Positions 28,606 to 45,520 of a stretch of DNA of 64,000 nucleotides are shown piece by piece. Every line of letters begins with the position of its first letter. The stretch's first letter is position 1. The position numbers were made by a program, and so were the translations under genes. The notes under the pieces were generated by a model. That model did not search any database. It was given only the letters and a program-made list of their open reading frames with translations, and had not been told where the DNA came from. Source of the DNA: the human T2T-CHM13v2.0 reference genome, Homo sapiens. The stretch lies in NCBI RefSeq assembly GCF_009914755.1, contig NC_060938.1; one strand, given 5' to 3'.

Positions 28606-28769
28606 GTTGTTGTTGTAAAGGCCTCCATATGTTATGTTCACATTTCAGGATTCCTACTAACTGCTTGTTTTCTAGACAAATCTATTCTGGTGTGTTAAGG
28701 TATTATGCAAACTAGATCTTCAAACAGTCCACATTTTGGGAAAGATCTAGGGAGAGAAAATCAACCAAA

Positions 28770-29025
28770 GATAACTTTGAGTATCAATATGATACTCAAA
28801 TATGTTATTGATGTCTGGGTGGTGATATGTCAATGACAGTGGCTATCAACTGTATTTTATCTATTAAATCTGAATCTAAATGAGAATGTAGGAGAAGGTG
28901 AGACTGTATATAGCTTTCGTTTTTAGAAAAAGTATACTTTCCTATATTTCCCAAATTTTCTGTAATGAGCACATATTCATGTTAAAATGAGTAAAAAAAT
29001 TGTTTTAAAAATAAAAGAAATAATA
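28770..29025 (+). mobile_element. Old L1M 3' end fragment
   Basis: tttcctatatttcccaaattttctgtaatgagcacatattc followed by an A-rich end. Confidence 0.5.
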
Positions 29026-29361
29026 TAAATCTAGCTCTTTCCATCCTCCCTACCCCTTGAAACCCCACTAATGTATTGGAGTCCCTGCCATGTGCCTTGC
29101 TTGTTTCTTCTCTGCTTTAATGGGAAAATGTGTATTCAAAGTTACGTACAAATTCTATTAAGTTAAAAAGATTGGAATGTGACTCCCTTTTATGCCATTT
29201 AGAATTGTAGAATGCTTCATTGAGAACCCTGGTTATCAGTATGTAATCCTGATAAGAAATTTTGAAGTACTTAAACGGTTAGTTTCTAAATCAATATCAC
29301 ACTTTCATCTTCATTCGCAGGCATCGCCTATGCAGGCAATCAAAGGATGTTGATGGATAAG

Positions 29362-29852
29362 TGTTTCAGGCAGAATAATGGCCCTCAAAGATGTTGACAC
29401 CAGAATCTTCAGAACCTTTGCATATGTTACCTAACATGACAAAAGGGACTTTGCTGATGTGATTAAGGTTAAGAACTTTGAGAAGGGAAGATTATCCTGG
29501 ATTATACAGGTAGGCGCAATCTAATGACGTAAGTCCTTAAAAGCAATGAATATTTCTCAGCTACAGAGAATCAGAGAGGTGGCAGTGTGGACTCTACTGT
29601 CACTGACTTTGAAGACAGAGGAATGGAGTCATAAGCCAAGGAATGAAGGCAGCTTCTAGAAGTTGGAAAAGACAAGGAAATGGATTCTTCTCTAGATCTG
29701 ACAGAAAGGAATGCAACCCTGATGACACTGGTTTTAGTCTAGTGAGACCTGTGTCCAATTTCTGACCTACAAAACTGTAAGATAATAAATGTGCCTTGCT
29801 AAGCTATGAGGTTTGTAGTAATTTATTGTACCAGCAATAGAAAACTAACACA
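29362..29852 (+). mobile_element. MLT1D-like MaLR solo LTR
   Basis: TG...CA termini; perfect 5-bp TSD ataag; aaaagggactttgctgatgtgattaagg motif. Confidence 0.9.
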
Positions 29853-30719
29853 ATAAGTAAAAACTGCTAACACCTTAGAGTATGCTTATATTTCTCAATG
29901 AGATGAGGCTTAAGCAAGCAGTGTTAACAGTAACATCTAAAGCCCAGTTGTTCATTGTTAAGGATGTTAGAAAAGGAGAGACCCAGATCTGAAGTTTACT
30001 GACTGTTACAAGAGGAAAGCAGAAAAACAACCCTTATTGGTAGGATCCTGGGACAAGATAACCAAGAGGAACTGGTACAAACATGAACAAAGAGACCTGG
30101 GAAAGCTCAATCTTTGTCCTGAACTTTTACCAAGGGAAAATGACTTGACAGTGGTGAAGTAGAGATTTAATTTAAAGTCCTGAATAGAAGTGTTATTCCA
30201 GTTTGCTTTTCGATTCTCACATGTCCTTACGATGGGAACTATAGCTGTGTTATATCATAGGTTTATGTATATATACATGTGAAATAAAGCATTTTTAAAA
30301 GTAATACTAGCACAGTTGTTAACTTTATTATTAGAAAGATATAAATTTGATGTATTTTGCAGGCTAATGGTGCTAGTGATTTTTTTTCACGAAAAAAAAT
30401 TTCATAATTGGATTGCATAGAAACTGTGAATTCATGGCATTGGGACCAGAAAAGAGGAAAGAAAAGTGTGAATAAAAAAGGAGTGGAGATAGAGTGGACA
30501 GTGGAGCCACAAAATATTCTATGAAATGTCCTTTAGCTGGAAAAAGATTATATTATATAAACTGCTGAAAACACAAGTGTCCAGGCTTTTGCTGTTGATG
30601 ACATCTCTTCCAGGTGGAGAGCAAGTAGCTAGCTAAAGAATCAAGAATCACCCCCAAACCCAATGGAAGATGAACTTAACTGTGGTTTGAGAGCATGACT
30701 TAGAAATCTTTAGAAAGAG

Positions 30720-32460
30720 TTTTTAATCATTATAAAAATAATACACTTCCATAGCAATAAAAATTCATATAAGGCTGAAGGTATAAAAAGCCTTCCTGCT
30801 GCCCACTACCTACTCCCCATTGACCCTTCCAAGTTCAAGGAGAACTTCTTTTGTTTGTGTGTCTTTATCTTTTGGCAGCTAGCTGACCAATGTCACAAGC
30901 AGACATTTACCTTTATTATCTGCCTATTTTGGATTGAGGAATTTAGTTCACTAAGAGAAATCCTACCCCACCCTCAATTTTGTTTTTACTTGTCTTTTTA
31001 TTTTCAGATATTCTATTGGTAACTTTAATAATTTCAGATGATATAGTTAAACATACATATCTTGATTTATTATATGTAGCCAACACTTTAAAGGAGATTA
31101 CATGAGAAAATTAGTGTTCTTATAGTGTTGTCTGCCCTCAAACAGTCTCTACCTACTTTTTCCATTTTTTTATTTTGTTTTGCACAAGTACATTCTCACC
31201 TTTTAAAGATTATCTGCTTTTTAAAGAAAGATCAATGGGAAGGAATCTTGAATATTATGTCTGAAAGTCTGTATTTTACTTTTATAGTCAATTAGAATTT
31301 TTCTGCATATAGAACTCTAGATTCAAAATAATTCTCCTGAACTTTGGAAGCCTTCGTTCTTCTTTTTCTAAAATCCGTGGTTGCTGATAAGAAATAGCAT
31401 GTCAACCTGATTCTCTCTTTTTTGTAAGTAAGTTGGGTTTTATTTGTCAAAATTTGGGAGATCTTCTCTTCAATCTTCATGTTTTAAAGTTTTTTATGTC
31501 CTTTTTCTTTCATTCTGTTCAGTACTATATAACCTTTTAGCCTGAAGACTGGTCTTTTGGAAAATCTTTCTTTTATTGTTTCTCAGATAATTCCCCCCTC
31601 CATTTTTATTGTCCTTCTCTTCAGGAACTCCTATTAGAACACAGTTGACTGCCCTGATGGGTTTCCTTCTTTCTTCCTTTAAAATTCTTTTTCTTGATTT
31701 CCATCGTTCTTTCATTTCAACTTTGTTCCTTCCCCATTCCCCTGAATTATTTCTGAATCCCTTAGAGTTAATTTTTCTGTTGGCTCCTCTTTTATTTTTC
31801 TCTTGTACTCTTAATTTTCCTCACATTTCTGATAATCCTTTCTTGTTTAGTCATATTTTTAAGTGAAGGATTAGGTTGGTTAGTATAGGGAGCTGATGTG
31901 CATGTCTTTCATCTTCATATAGATCTTTTTCACTAATAGATCGCCTCCTGAATGTGAAGACCAATTATAAGCTTTGTGTTTTGGATGCAATACGTATTCA
32001 ATGACAGCCTTCACGTTAGACTGCACGATTAAGGAAGATCAGGCAGGTTGGGGCTCCCAGGGCCCAGGTGAGCAGGGTCCTACTCTGGAATACCATCCCC
32101 ATAATAGATGCCTGAGCTCCATCCATGTTGACAGCCCAATTTACTTAGAGCTCTGTATTCTGACTTCAAATGGCAACAACTCTGCATGAGCAGGGCTGGG
32201 GCTTAGCCAACACCAGTTATCCCTTATTTACTCAGGTCTTTAGACAATTACCCCTGTCTTGGGTCTCCTTCCCTAGGTACTCTTCATAGCTGACTTAGAA
32301 CTGGGAGCCCTTCAGAAATCCTCTCTGAAGATGGCACTCACATCCACTTCAGCCTTTTCTTCACCCTTGCTGATTTGTGCCTATCTCTGGATTATCCATC
32401 ATTTGGTTTCCAATTGTCTTTTGTTTTCCAAAAATTTATCTAGATCTTTTCTTACTTCAT
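30720..32460 (-). mobile_element. Ancient L1M/HAL1-like fragment with ORF1 remnant
   Basis: ORF 31292-31480 (KERIRLTCYFLSATTDFRKRR...FESRVLYAEK) resembles L1 ORF1p IRLTADFS...FQPRISYPAK. Confidence 0.65.
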
Positions 32461-32472
32461 GCCCATACTTCC

Positions 32473-32862
32473 TTTTATGGGCTGAATTGTGTCCCCTTAA
32501 ATTCATATGTTGAAGCCCTAGCCCCCAGTACCTCAGAATGTGGCTGTGTTTAAAGAGAAGATCTTTAAAGAGGTAATTAAGGCTAAATGAGGTCATTAGC
32601 GTGTACCCTAAGCTCATATAACCAGTGTCCTATAAGAGGGTGAGATTAGGACATAGACGTGTTTAAAGCAAAGACTGTTTAAAGCAAAGACACAGGGGAG
32701 AAGATAGTTATCTATAAACCAAGGAGAGAGGCCTCAGAAGGAAACAACCCTACTGATACCTTGATCTTGAACTTCTAGGCTTTAGAATTATAAGCAAATA
32801 AATTTCTGTTATTTAAGCCACCCAGCCTGTGGTATAGTACTTCGTCATAGCAAACTAACATG
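32473..32862 (+). mobile_element. MLT1A/B-like MaLR solo LTR with an internal 16-bp tandem duplication (32660-32691)
   Basis: tatgggctgaattgtgtcccc...aataaatttctgttatttaagccacccag. Confidence 0.88.
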
Positions 32863-33004
32863 CTTGCCATACTTGGGACTTTTTATATATGAATTTCTTA
32901 TACTTTACAATAATTCAGTGTGATTTTGGGAGAGGAAGTTAGTACACATGTTCTGTCTTTGATCTTGAACTGGAAGCCCAGAGTAACTTTTGAGTTACTA
33001 TCTC

Positions 33005-33370
33005 TGTCTTAGTCCATTCAGGCTGCTATAACAGAATACCATAGCCTGGGTGGCTTATAAACAACAGAAATTTCTCACAGTTCTTGAGGCTAGCAAGTCC
33101 AAAATCAAGGCACCAGTAAATTTGGTGTCAGTTCCTGGTGAAGGCCTGCTTCTCAGTTCACAGATGGCTATATTTTCACTGTCTTCTCACATGGCAGAAG
33201 GGCAAGAGAGCTCTCTGGGGTCTTTTTCATGAGGGTACTAATTCCATTCATGAGGGCTCTGCCCTCCTGACCTAATCACTTCCCAAAGGCCCCACCTCCA
33301 AATACCATCACATTGGAAATTAGGTTTCAACACATGAATTTTAGGGAGCACCAATATGCAGTGCATAGCA
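33005..33370 (-). mobile_element. MLT1A/MST-like MaLR solo LTR
   Basis: tgtcttagtccattcaggctgctataacagaataccatag...cacatgaattttaggg...catagca. Confidence 0.88.
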
Positions 33371-33557
33371 ATTCCTGTGAATGACTGAGTATAGGAAGGT
33401 AGATTAGAAGGCCTGGGCTTTGTTTCATTCTCATGGAAAAACACAACCGTGGGTCTCATTTCTTGAATCTTTCCTATGTGCCAGGCCCTGTGCTGTGCTA
33501 AAGTCTTTACAAATATCACCTCATTTAATCATCCAAACACCATAGAGGGAGGGTACT

Positions 33558-33913
33558 TGATGTGGTTTAGCTGTGCCCCCACCCAAATCTCACCTTGAAT
33601 CGTAATAATCCCCATGTGTCAAGGGCACGACCAGGTGGAGATAATTGAATCATTGGGGCCATTTCCCCCATTCTGTTCTCATGGTAGTAAATAAGTCTCA
33701 TGAGATCCGATGGTTTTATATATGGAAGTTACCCTGCACAAGCTCTTTTGCCTGCCACCATGTAAGACGTGACCTTGCTCCTCATTAGCCTTCCACCATA
33801 ATTGTGAGGCCACCCCAGCCATGTGGAACTGTGAGCCAGTTAAACCTCTTTCCTTTATAAATTGCCCAGTCTTGGGTATGTCTTTATTGGCAGCATGAGA
33901 ACAGACTAATACA
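33558..33913 (+). mobile_element. THE1B-like solo LTR inserted in a reverse MIR
   Basis: tgatgtggtttagctgtg...gaacagactaataca; perfect TSD gtact. Confidence 0.93.
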
Positions 33914-35249
33914 GTACTCTTATTACCTCTACTTTGCATGTGAGATAACTGAGCCACAGAAAGGATGAGTAATGCTGACCAATCGGCTGGGTATTTGGAT
34001 GATTCAGGAAATTCACCCCACATGCATTTTATCAGATTTTAGTAAAACTTTAAATTTTGAAATCTTTGTATTTCTTAACAGTCATTTAGAGGAAGAATTA
34101 TTTAACTGATATTTGAGGCAGTCTGTCATTGACATCATCCCTACTGCTAAATTAATTGCTAACCTTCCACTGGCTTTAACATTTGGCTTCCTCACTGGGA
34201 GCACGAATTGGACAGATTTTCACAGTGCTGCTTTTGATTGACAGCACTGGCTTAATGGTGGGTATAAGTGGAAGGAACTAAGAAATTCTACCTTATCTTT
34301 TATTAACTTTAACAATGTCCCATGTGTGAGTATAGCACAATCCCTACTCGGCAGGGAGATGGAACGTACACAGATAACTCTGGAAAGAGAGAGATCCAGT
34401 TTGGTTTCTTTTCAGTCTGTTTTATGGTCCTAAAACTACTACAAAAAATAATTAAAGCTTTACTCTACTTTCACAGTTCCTGGACCTTCAGCTTCATTGA
34501 CTTTTGTCTCTGTTTGTTTCTAATTTTTCGATCCATTGGACATATTCTATCTTCAGTAATAGTTTCACCTTTGAAATTTTAAGAGTCAATTGAAACTCTT
34601 CCACTGAATCTTTTCCCCCCCTTTCGACTCATGAAATCCTCTGGCCTTGTGAGGTATCACAGCTGTGACATATCACAACTCTATCTCAGTTGAGCAATTT
34701 TCCTGTGGCTTCTCTTCATTCCCATTGCAGTCTGATTCACTTGTGTCATTCTCATAATTTTCTCATATGCTCCCTTAGTTCTTTTCCACCCAAATTATTG
34801 TTCCATTCTATGCATCCACAACTCATGCAATCTTTATGATTTTCTTTTTGCATTTGTATACCCATGAATTTTGTTCCTTTAACAGCTATTTATTATCTAC
34901 TCTGCACCAATCATCAGATGTAGTGGTGAAAAGATGGACAAAATTTCTACTCTCAGCTTACATTTTGGTGATGGGAGATGGACAATCAACCCAGGTCAAT
35001 GACAGATGCTGGAGCAGAACACATAGACATACAGGTGGGGGCCACTGCTTATCTAGGGTTTCCAGTTTCACTGAGGCCCTCAGCGATACTCATCTATTTA
35101 TATTGTCTTTGATCTGCATTTTCTCCTGTTCCTTTCAGCAAATACTCTTTACTACTCATGCCATTATCTTGTCCCATCATGTTTAATAATAGCAGATAAT
35201 CTTTGCTCATACTTCTCTGGTAAAAAGAGGTTATCAGTCATGGACTCCA

Positions 35250-36170
35250 TTAATTTCACAACTCCTCTCCCTCCAGAGGCAATCATTTATATCACCACTT
35301 TTCACTCCCTCTTTCTCCCTTCCTGGTCAAGGTGAACCTCTCCACCTAGCTAATTAATCTCATTTATTCTGGTCACAGGACTTTTCATTATCTTTTTTTT
35401 CTAATATATCCATTATTTTCAATCCTCCCCATTAGCTTCTTCCTGCTAGCCTAGAAACATAATTTCTCGTGTTCATCCTTTAGTAATAATGGCTATCATT
35501 TATAGAACATTGCTCCATGCCACATACCTAGCTCTCATCTAATTTCACCCTCACAACAACCCAGCAAGGCAAGTATTACTATCTCTATTTAACTGAATTG
35601 GAAACAGACACAGAAGGAATAGCTACCTTTCCCAAGTTCACATGGCTTTTTAAGTGGTAGAACTGAGGTTCATATTGAAGTTTGTTTGACCCTAAGCCTG
35701 AATTCTTACTACACCTGAATCCTCTGCATTTTGAAAGAACAGCTCTTTCTAGTTGCTGTCTGAGATCTCTCCTTTTCTTTCAGAGGCAAGTTTCTTAAAA
35801 TTGTGTCTCCATTCCCAACCCTCTTTAATCAGGTTTTGCCCCACGATTCTGTGGTGCTTAGGTCACCATTGGCCTCCCAATTCCTAAATCCAAGGGACAC
35901 TTTAAGTCTCAATCTTATGTGAACTCTATGTACCACATGGATTTGCTGTCCCTCAGAATTCTTGCCTTCCCTTTGGCTTCCATAATATTGTTCTATGCTG
36001 GTTCTCTTATGTGATAACCATGGCCTCTAAGTCTCCTGTCTCTCATCATTCTTTAAGTATTAACAATCTCTGAGGTTCTTTTCTCAGTGTTCTCTCCCTT
36101 CCTCCTTCTTCATTTTTCTCTTTTTGATTTGATATTCAGAAGTCTTCCTGAATAATCTTCATTCCCATTT
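35250..36170 (+). mobile_element. L2 fragment interrupted by a MIR
   Basis: ggtcaccattggcctcccaattcctaaatccaagggacacttt...ctttggcttccataa. Confidence 0.6.
35483..35715 (-). mobile_element. MIR SINE
   Basis: taatttcaccctcacaacaaccc...tttcccaagttcacatggct...aagtggtagaactgagg. Confidence 0.8.
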
Positions 36171-36782
36171 TTCACTCTTAAACTATATCTTTAGCTCTGA
36201 CACCAATTAAAATAAAGACTGAAAAATATTCACTAAAATGAGCACTCTAGAGGTCTTTGTTGACCTCAGCTACTTCTCTATTGGTGCAGTGGTGGGACAG
36301 AGCCATGAAGGGCAGGCTGAGGAGTGGGAAGGAAGTGAGGAAAAGGAAACAGTAAGGGTAAACAACTATTGACAAACATGGCTATGAAAGGAGGCTAAAG
36401 CGTGTGATCCTTAGGCAGAAGGGCCACCTCCTTCATCAGAAGGAAGGAAGATTATGCAGATGCAGGTATATTTGCTGAGAAGGAGGGAGATCCTGCCTAT
36501 GAGGCAAGGTAGGAGAGTAGGTAAGTGGGGGATATTGCTGCCTTTGGAAAACACATTCTGCCACATGGTGTTGGGGAACAAAAAGCACACCAACCCTAGG
36601 TGATTGGTGTATGAGAGAATAAAGCACCTCCATTTGAGATAATTAGGTGGGAGTAGGTATCCTCAGGAAGAGCCAGCTTTTAGTTAATGCAGGGAAATGG
36701 AGGAAACCCTTTAATGCAAGGGGAAGTTGAGGTTGAAGGGAGCAATCTGATAGTAGAGTGGTGACTTGAGAGCTTAAGTGAG

Positions 36783-39375
<2,593 letters not shown>

Positions 39376-40653
39376 GGGAGGAAAAGGTTAAGTTATTGAG
39401 CTGGTACAAGGAAGAAAAGAGTATTAGGGTGACAGTAATGCTTACAGAATAGATTAAAGGAGCAGGAGGTGGACACTTTGGGATTTGAGAACAGGGATGA
39501 AAGGTATGTCTGCATCTAGTCCTGATAGTCTCCTGTTGGAAGGTGGGCACTGAACCCAAAGAGTAGGTATCCTGGCTCCGTGAACTCAGGGTAACTTCAA
39601 CCTGGCCTCAGAGGTTTAAGGGCACATGGCTTGGAGAATAAAGGAGCCTGCAAGACTAGGTGTCTTGGAACATCAGTCTGGTCTTTCTGTGCTCTGGTGA
39701 GTGAAGCCTCCCCCAGTGGAGGGAAGCTTTTGAGGCGAGGACCATGCATTACTTACTTTTTTATCTAGCATCTAGAGTGTTAAGTGTATCCAGTCACTTA
39801 AAAATAGTTGAATAATTTAAAGAATTAATGACAACACATCTATTCAAGCCCCAGTTTGCTAAAGCCAAAACTTCCACTGATAGCATGCTACCTTTCAATT
39901 CTTTGTTCCTGGGACCTATAACCAGAGAGCTAAAGGGACATTTCCTCTTAGGTGATGTGTAAACAGCACAAAGTGTTGAAAAAAACCTGACAGTTTCTCA
40001 GGGAGTTTTATCAAAATAAACATTCAAATCAGATATTTCAGGCCAAATTACATGACTCAATGTAATTACTAGAAATCTACTCCATTCCATGCTGCCTAAG
40101 GCATATGGCTTGTCTTCAAAATGTAAAAAGCCACAAACCTTTAGGATGAATGCTGTACTGCAGAATTTGTGACAATGTGCTTGATTAGCAGCTGCTACCA
40201 ATTAGGCCGATATCTGTGAAAACGATAACTCTCTTAGGGCCAACTCATGCACAAAAGACATACTTAACAATGTAAGGCCATAGGAGCAGATTGGCATGGT
40301 CTAAAAATATACTTGTGAGATTTTGTTTAGGAGAAAAAAAAATGTTGCCTTGGTATCTGTTGCAACTCCCATCCCATTGCCTACAGTACACATAGAATCT
40401 TTTAATAAATATATTTAACTCTTTATATACCTGTCAAAATTCAATTGCTGCAACATAATATTTTCTCATGAATTCAAATTTTGGGCATATCCTGCTATAA
40501 GGAAACACAAATTTCTCAATTCTGAGAATATAAAGCCCCCAAATAAAGGAGTGATTATTCACATTACCAAAAGGATATGCTTTTACAAAAGACACACAAA
40601 GATAGTTTTCCTTAAATAGTGAGTTCTTGCTGGATATTTAAAATACAACTTGA

Positions 40654-43600
40654 ATCTCAACAAATGTTTAAAAATTGAAATTATGTCAACTATCTTCTCA
40701 GACCAACAATGGAATAAAGCTAGAACTTAACACCAAGAAGAACTTTGAAAACTGTACAAATACATGGAAATTAAACAATATGCTCCTGAAAAACCACTGG
40801 GTCAATGAAGAAATTAAGACAGAAAATTTAAAATTTTGGAAAGAAACAAACAAAAAAGGAAACACAGCGTACTACAACCTGTTTGATATAGCAACACCAG
40901 TGCTAAGAGGGAAATTTATAGCATTAAGTGCCTACATCAAAAAAGTAGAAAGATGACAAATTAAATTCCAATGATATAATTCAAGGAACTAGAAAAGCAA
41001 GAACATAGCAAACCTCAAACTAGACGAAGAAAAAAATGACAAAGATCAGAGCAGACCTAAGTGAAACAGAGAGAAAAAAAACCCAAAACAAAAACAAGGA
41101 ATCAACAAAACAAAAAGTTGGTTTTTTGAAAAGATAAAATAAAATGGATAAACTGCTAACTAGACTAAGCAAGAAGAGAGATAAGCCAAATTAACAAAAT
41201 TAGAAATGAAAAAGGAGATATTACAACTGATATTACAGAAATACAAAATATCATCAGAGACCATTAAAACAACTATACACCCACAAACTAGAAAACCTAG
41301 AGGAAATGGATAAATTCCTGTAAATATACAACCTCCCAAATTGAACCAGGAAGAAATAGAAAACTTGAACAGACCAATAATGAGTAACAAGATTGAATCA
41401 GTAATTAAAAATTTTCCAACAAAGGAAAGCCCAGGACCAGATGGATTCACAGCTGAATTCTACTAAGCATATAAGGAAATAGTAACACTAATTCTCCTGA
41501 AACTGTCCCAAAACATTGAAGAGAGAAAATTCTCCCAAACTCATTCTATGAGGACTGTATCACCCTGATACCAAGCCAGACAAAGATGCACAAAAAAAGA
41601 AAACCACAGACCAATATCCCTGAAGAATATGGGCCAAATAGACTCAATAAAATACTACCAAACCAAACCCAAGAGTACATCAAAAAGATAATACACCTTG
41701 ATCAAGTGGGTTTTTACCAGGGATTGCAAGGATGGTTCAACATATACAAATCAATAAACATGATACATCACATCAACAGAATTAAGGATAAAACCATATA
41801 ATCATCTCAGTAGACACAGAAAAAGCATGTGGTATAATTCAGCACCCCTTCATGATAAAAACTCAACAAATGAGGCATAGAAGGAACATACCTCAAATTA
41901 ATAAAGGCCATATACAACAAACCCACAGCCAACATCATACTAATGAGGAAAAGTTGGAAGCATTTCCTTTAATTGGAACAAGACAAGAATGCCTACTTTC
42001 ACCACTTCTATTCAATATAATATTGGAAGTCCTAGCCAGAGCAGTCAGGCAAGAGAAAGAAATAAAAGGCATTCAAATTGGAGAAGAAATCAAATTATCC
42101 CTGTTTGCCGATGACATAATCCTATATCTGGAAAAAAAAACCTAAAGACTCCACCAAAAAATCATCATACAAAAATCAGTAACATTCCTATGTACCAATA
42201 AAAATCTAGCTGAGCATGAAATAAAGAAGGCAATCCTATTTATAATAGCTACAAAAATGGCTAGGAATAAATATAACCACGGAGGAGAAATATCTGTACA
42301 AGAAAAACTACAAATCACTGATGAAAGAAATTGTAGATGACACAAACAAATAGAAAGACATTCTATACTCATAGATCAGAAGAATTAATATTGTTAAAAT
42401 AACCACATTGCCAAAAGCATCTATATATTCAGTGCATTGCTTATCAAAATATCAATGTCATTTTTCACAGAATTAGAAAAAATATCCTCAAATTCATATA
42501 AAACCAGAAAAGAGCCCAAACAGCCAAAGCAATCCTAAGCCAAAAGAACAATGCTGGCATCACATTATCTGACTTCAAATTATATTACAAGGGTATAGTA
42601 ACCAAAATAGTGTGGTACTGGTAAAAAAAAAATAGACACATAGATCAATGGAACAGAATAAGGAATCCAGAAATAAAGCCACATATTTACAACCAACTGG
42701 AAGCTGACAAGAACATACAATGGGGAAAGGACACCCTCTTCACTAAATGGTGCTGGGAAAATTGGATTGCCATATGCAGAAGAATGAAACTGGACCCCTA
42801 TCTCTCACCGTATACAAAAAATAAGATGAATTAAAGACTTAAAAATAAGACTGCAAACTGTAAAAATACTAGAAGAATACCTAAGGAATAATCTTCTAAA
42901 CACTGGTCTAAACAATGTATTTATGACTAAGACCTCAAAAGCAAAGGCAACAGAAACAAAAATAGACAAACAGGACTTAATTAAAAAGCTTCTGCCAGCA
43001 GAAGAAATAATCAAGAGAATGAACAGACGACCTGCAGAATGGGAGAAAATATTTGCAAACTATTCATCTCACAGGGGACTAATATCCAGAATAGACAAGG
43101 AATTCAAACCACTCAACAAAAAAACCTCAATAATCTCATTAAAAAGTGGGCAAAGGAATGAATAGACATTTCTCAACAGAAGACATACAAATGGCCAAGA
43201 GGTATATGAAAAAAATTCTCAACATCACTAATCATCAGAGAAATGCAAATTGAAACCACAAGGGATATCATCTTACCTGAGACAGAATAGCTATTATTAA
43301 AAAGACAGAAAATAACAGGCATTGGTGTGAATGAGGAGAATAGGGAATGCTTATACACTGTTGCTGGAATGTAAATAATTAAAACCTCTGTGGAAAACAG
43401 TATGGAGATTTCTCAAAGAACTAAAAATAGAGCTACCATTAAACCGAGCAGTTCCACTACTGAGTATCTACAGCCAAAGGAAAAATCAATTTATCAAAAA
43501 GATACCTGTACTTGAATGTTTATTGCAGCACTAGCAAAGATACAGACTCAACCTAAGTGCCATCAATGGTTGAATGGATACAGAAAATATGATATATTTT

Positions 43601-43960
43601 CACAATGGAATAACTATTCAGACACAAAAAAGAATGAAATTATGTCTTTTGCAGCAACATGGATGGAACTGAAGGTCATTATCTTAAGTGAAACAAGCCA
43701 GACACAGACAGTCAAATATTGCATGATCTTACTCATAAACGGGCACTTAAAAATGTATGTGAATGGATGTAGAGAGTGGAATGATAGATACTGGAGACTT
43801 GGAAGGGTGAGGGGATGGAGGAGGGTGGATGATGAGAAATTACCTAACGGGTATCATGTACTTTACTAGGGTGATGGATACCTTAAAGCCCTGATTTGAC
43901 TACTAGTCAATGTAACAAAATTGCACTTGTATTTCAGAAATTTATACAAACAAAAAAATA
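40654..43960 (+). mobile_element. 5'-truncated L1 (L1PB3/4-like) with decayed ORF2 and 3' UTR
   Basis: ORF2 fragments (TWKLNNMLL..WVNEEIK; [20 protein letters not shown]) in broken frames; PB-type 3' UTR; probable TSD aaaata..aacttga before the L1 and after the tail Alu. Confidence 0.93.
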
Positions 43961-44293
<333 letters not shown>

Positions 44294-45440
44294 TCAGGGG
44301 ACACATTAGTATGAAGTGAAATATACATGCATATTTCAGTAACAGCCATATTATTTTGTTGACAAGCCTACACTAGTTAAATTTATTGAATTCACTTAGA
44401 TTTTTTTCGTGCTTTTTCAGGACCCAAAATAGTTTTGGTTTGTTTAAAATCTTCCAGCTTTGAGATTGATAACTCTTAGAAATCCCTCTATTCAACTGCA
44501 GTAGCATCTGATCTTCTAAATGTAGTTCCATGCTGGAGGATGTGATTTAGCCCAGATAAATCCAGTTTGCCAACCTTAACAACTAGATTTGCTCATCTTA
44601 TTCAATAACTGCTCAGTTATTTTTGACAACACACTCAGCTTTTCTGAATTCAAATTTTTTCTTTTAAAGAAGGAGTAATAACTATTTGCCAGTTACTTGC
44701 CTCACAGGGGTGTCAAGCACCTGTGAGATCACAAGTTCTCATGGGCCATTACAGCTAGTAATCAGCAGCTTTGTTCTTTAGGTTTTTGGAGTGAGAAACT
44801 GAGACCCAGACAATTTGGGGGAAGAGTTTCATGGCCTTTGGAGGTGTTGACACAGAAGACAGTCTTTAAGATGCCTAAGAAATGGAGGAATGGTCATAAC
44901 ATTGTCAAAGAACACGTCATAATAATCTTTTAAAAGCTCCTGTAAAGTAGCATAACCATATTGGTGTTTCATTTGTGATATTGAGCAACAGTACTTCTTG
45001 CTCAAGGATAATATTATATGACCTTTTGGACTGAAAGGGTAAGGTGACATTTGGTTTTTGATAAATATTATGATTTCTGAGTCTGCCTCAATATTCTCCA
45101 ATGTTTTAGTTCCCTTCCATTGCAGAATTCAAATGCACCTTTAAAAAGTGGCTGAATCTGATTTACTATAAGTCTACAATATGTCCTTGTGTGTAGCTGA
45201 ATTGCCCTCTGTGAGATGGAAGACCAGTAGCTTAACCACAGTTCCTTTTAATATTTTATTACTTCCCTTAACAAGGCCTTGTAGCCAAGAACCTACATTT
45301 TACTTTTAGTTTAAAGGTCTCAGAAAACTTTGGAAAAGTCAGGAATCAAAATATAGAAGATAAAACCCATCAAACAGCAACAAATCATAATGCTATTCTA
45401 AGACCTACTTCCAACAAAAGGCTCTTTGTTCTTTACCTAG

Positions 45441-45520
45441 GTCGACGTTTATTTCTTTCTGAACTTTCCTGGAGGATCATCGGCCATACTCCAGCAGAAG
45501 GGTGGATTTGAAAAAATAAC
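45441..45520 (+). other. Candidate internal exon, 80 nt, unverified
   Basis: Acceptor ctctttgttctttacctag|G; donor AAC|gtaagt; one open frame (VDVYFFLNFPGGSSAILQQKGGFEKI). Confidence 0.3.

Noticed and set aside
28712-28750. 9-bp inverted repeat ctagatctt/aagatctag
   Set aside because: Compatible with chance in 64 kb; no supporting context.
40675-43869. Reverse-transcriptase-like ORFs (LFADD)
   Set aside because: Broken L1 ORF2 with many stops and frameshifts; not an active or novel RT system.
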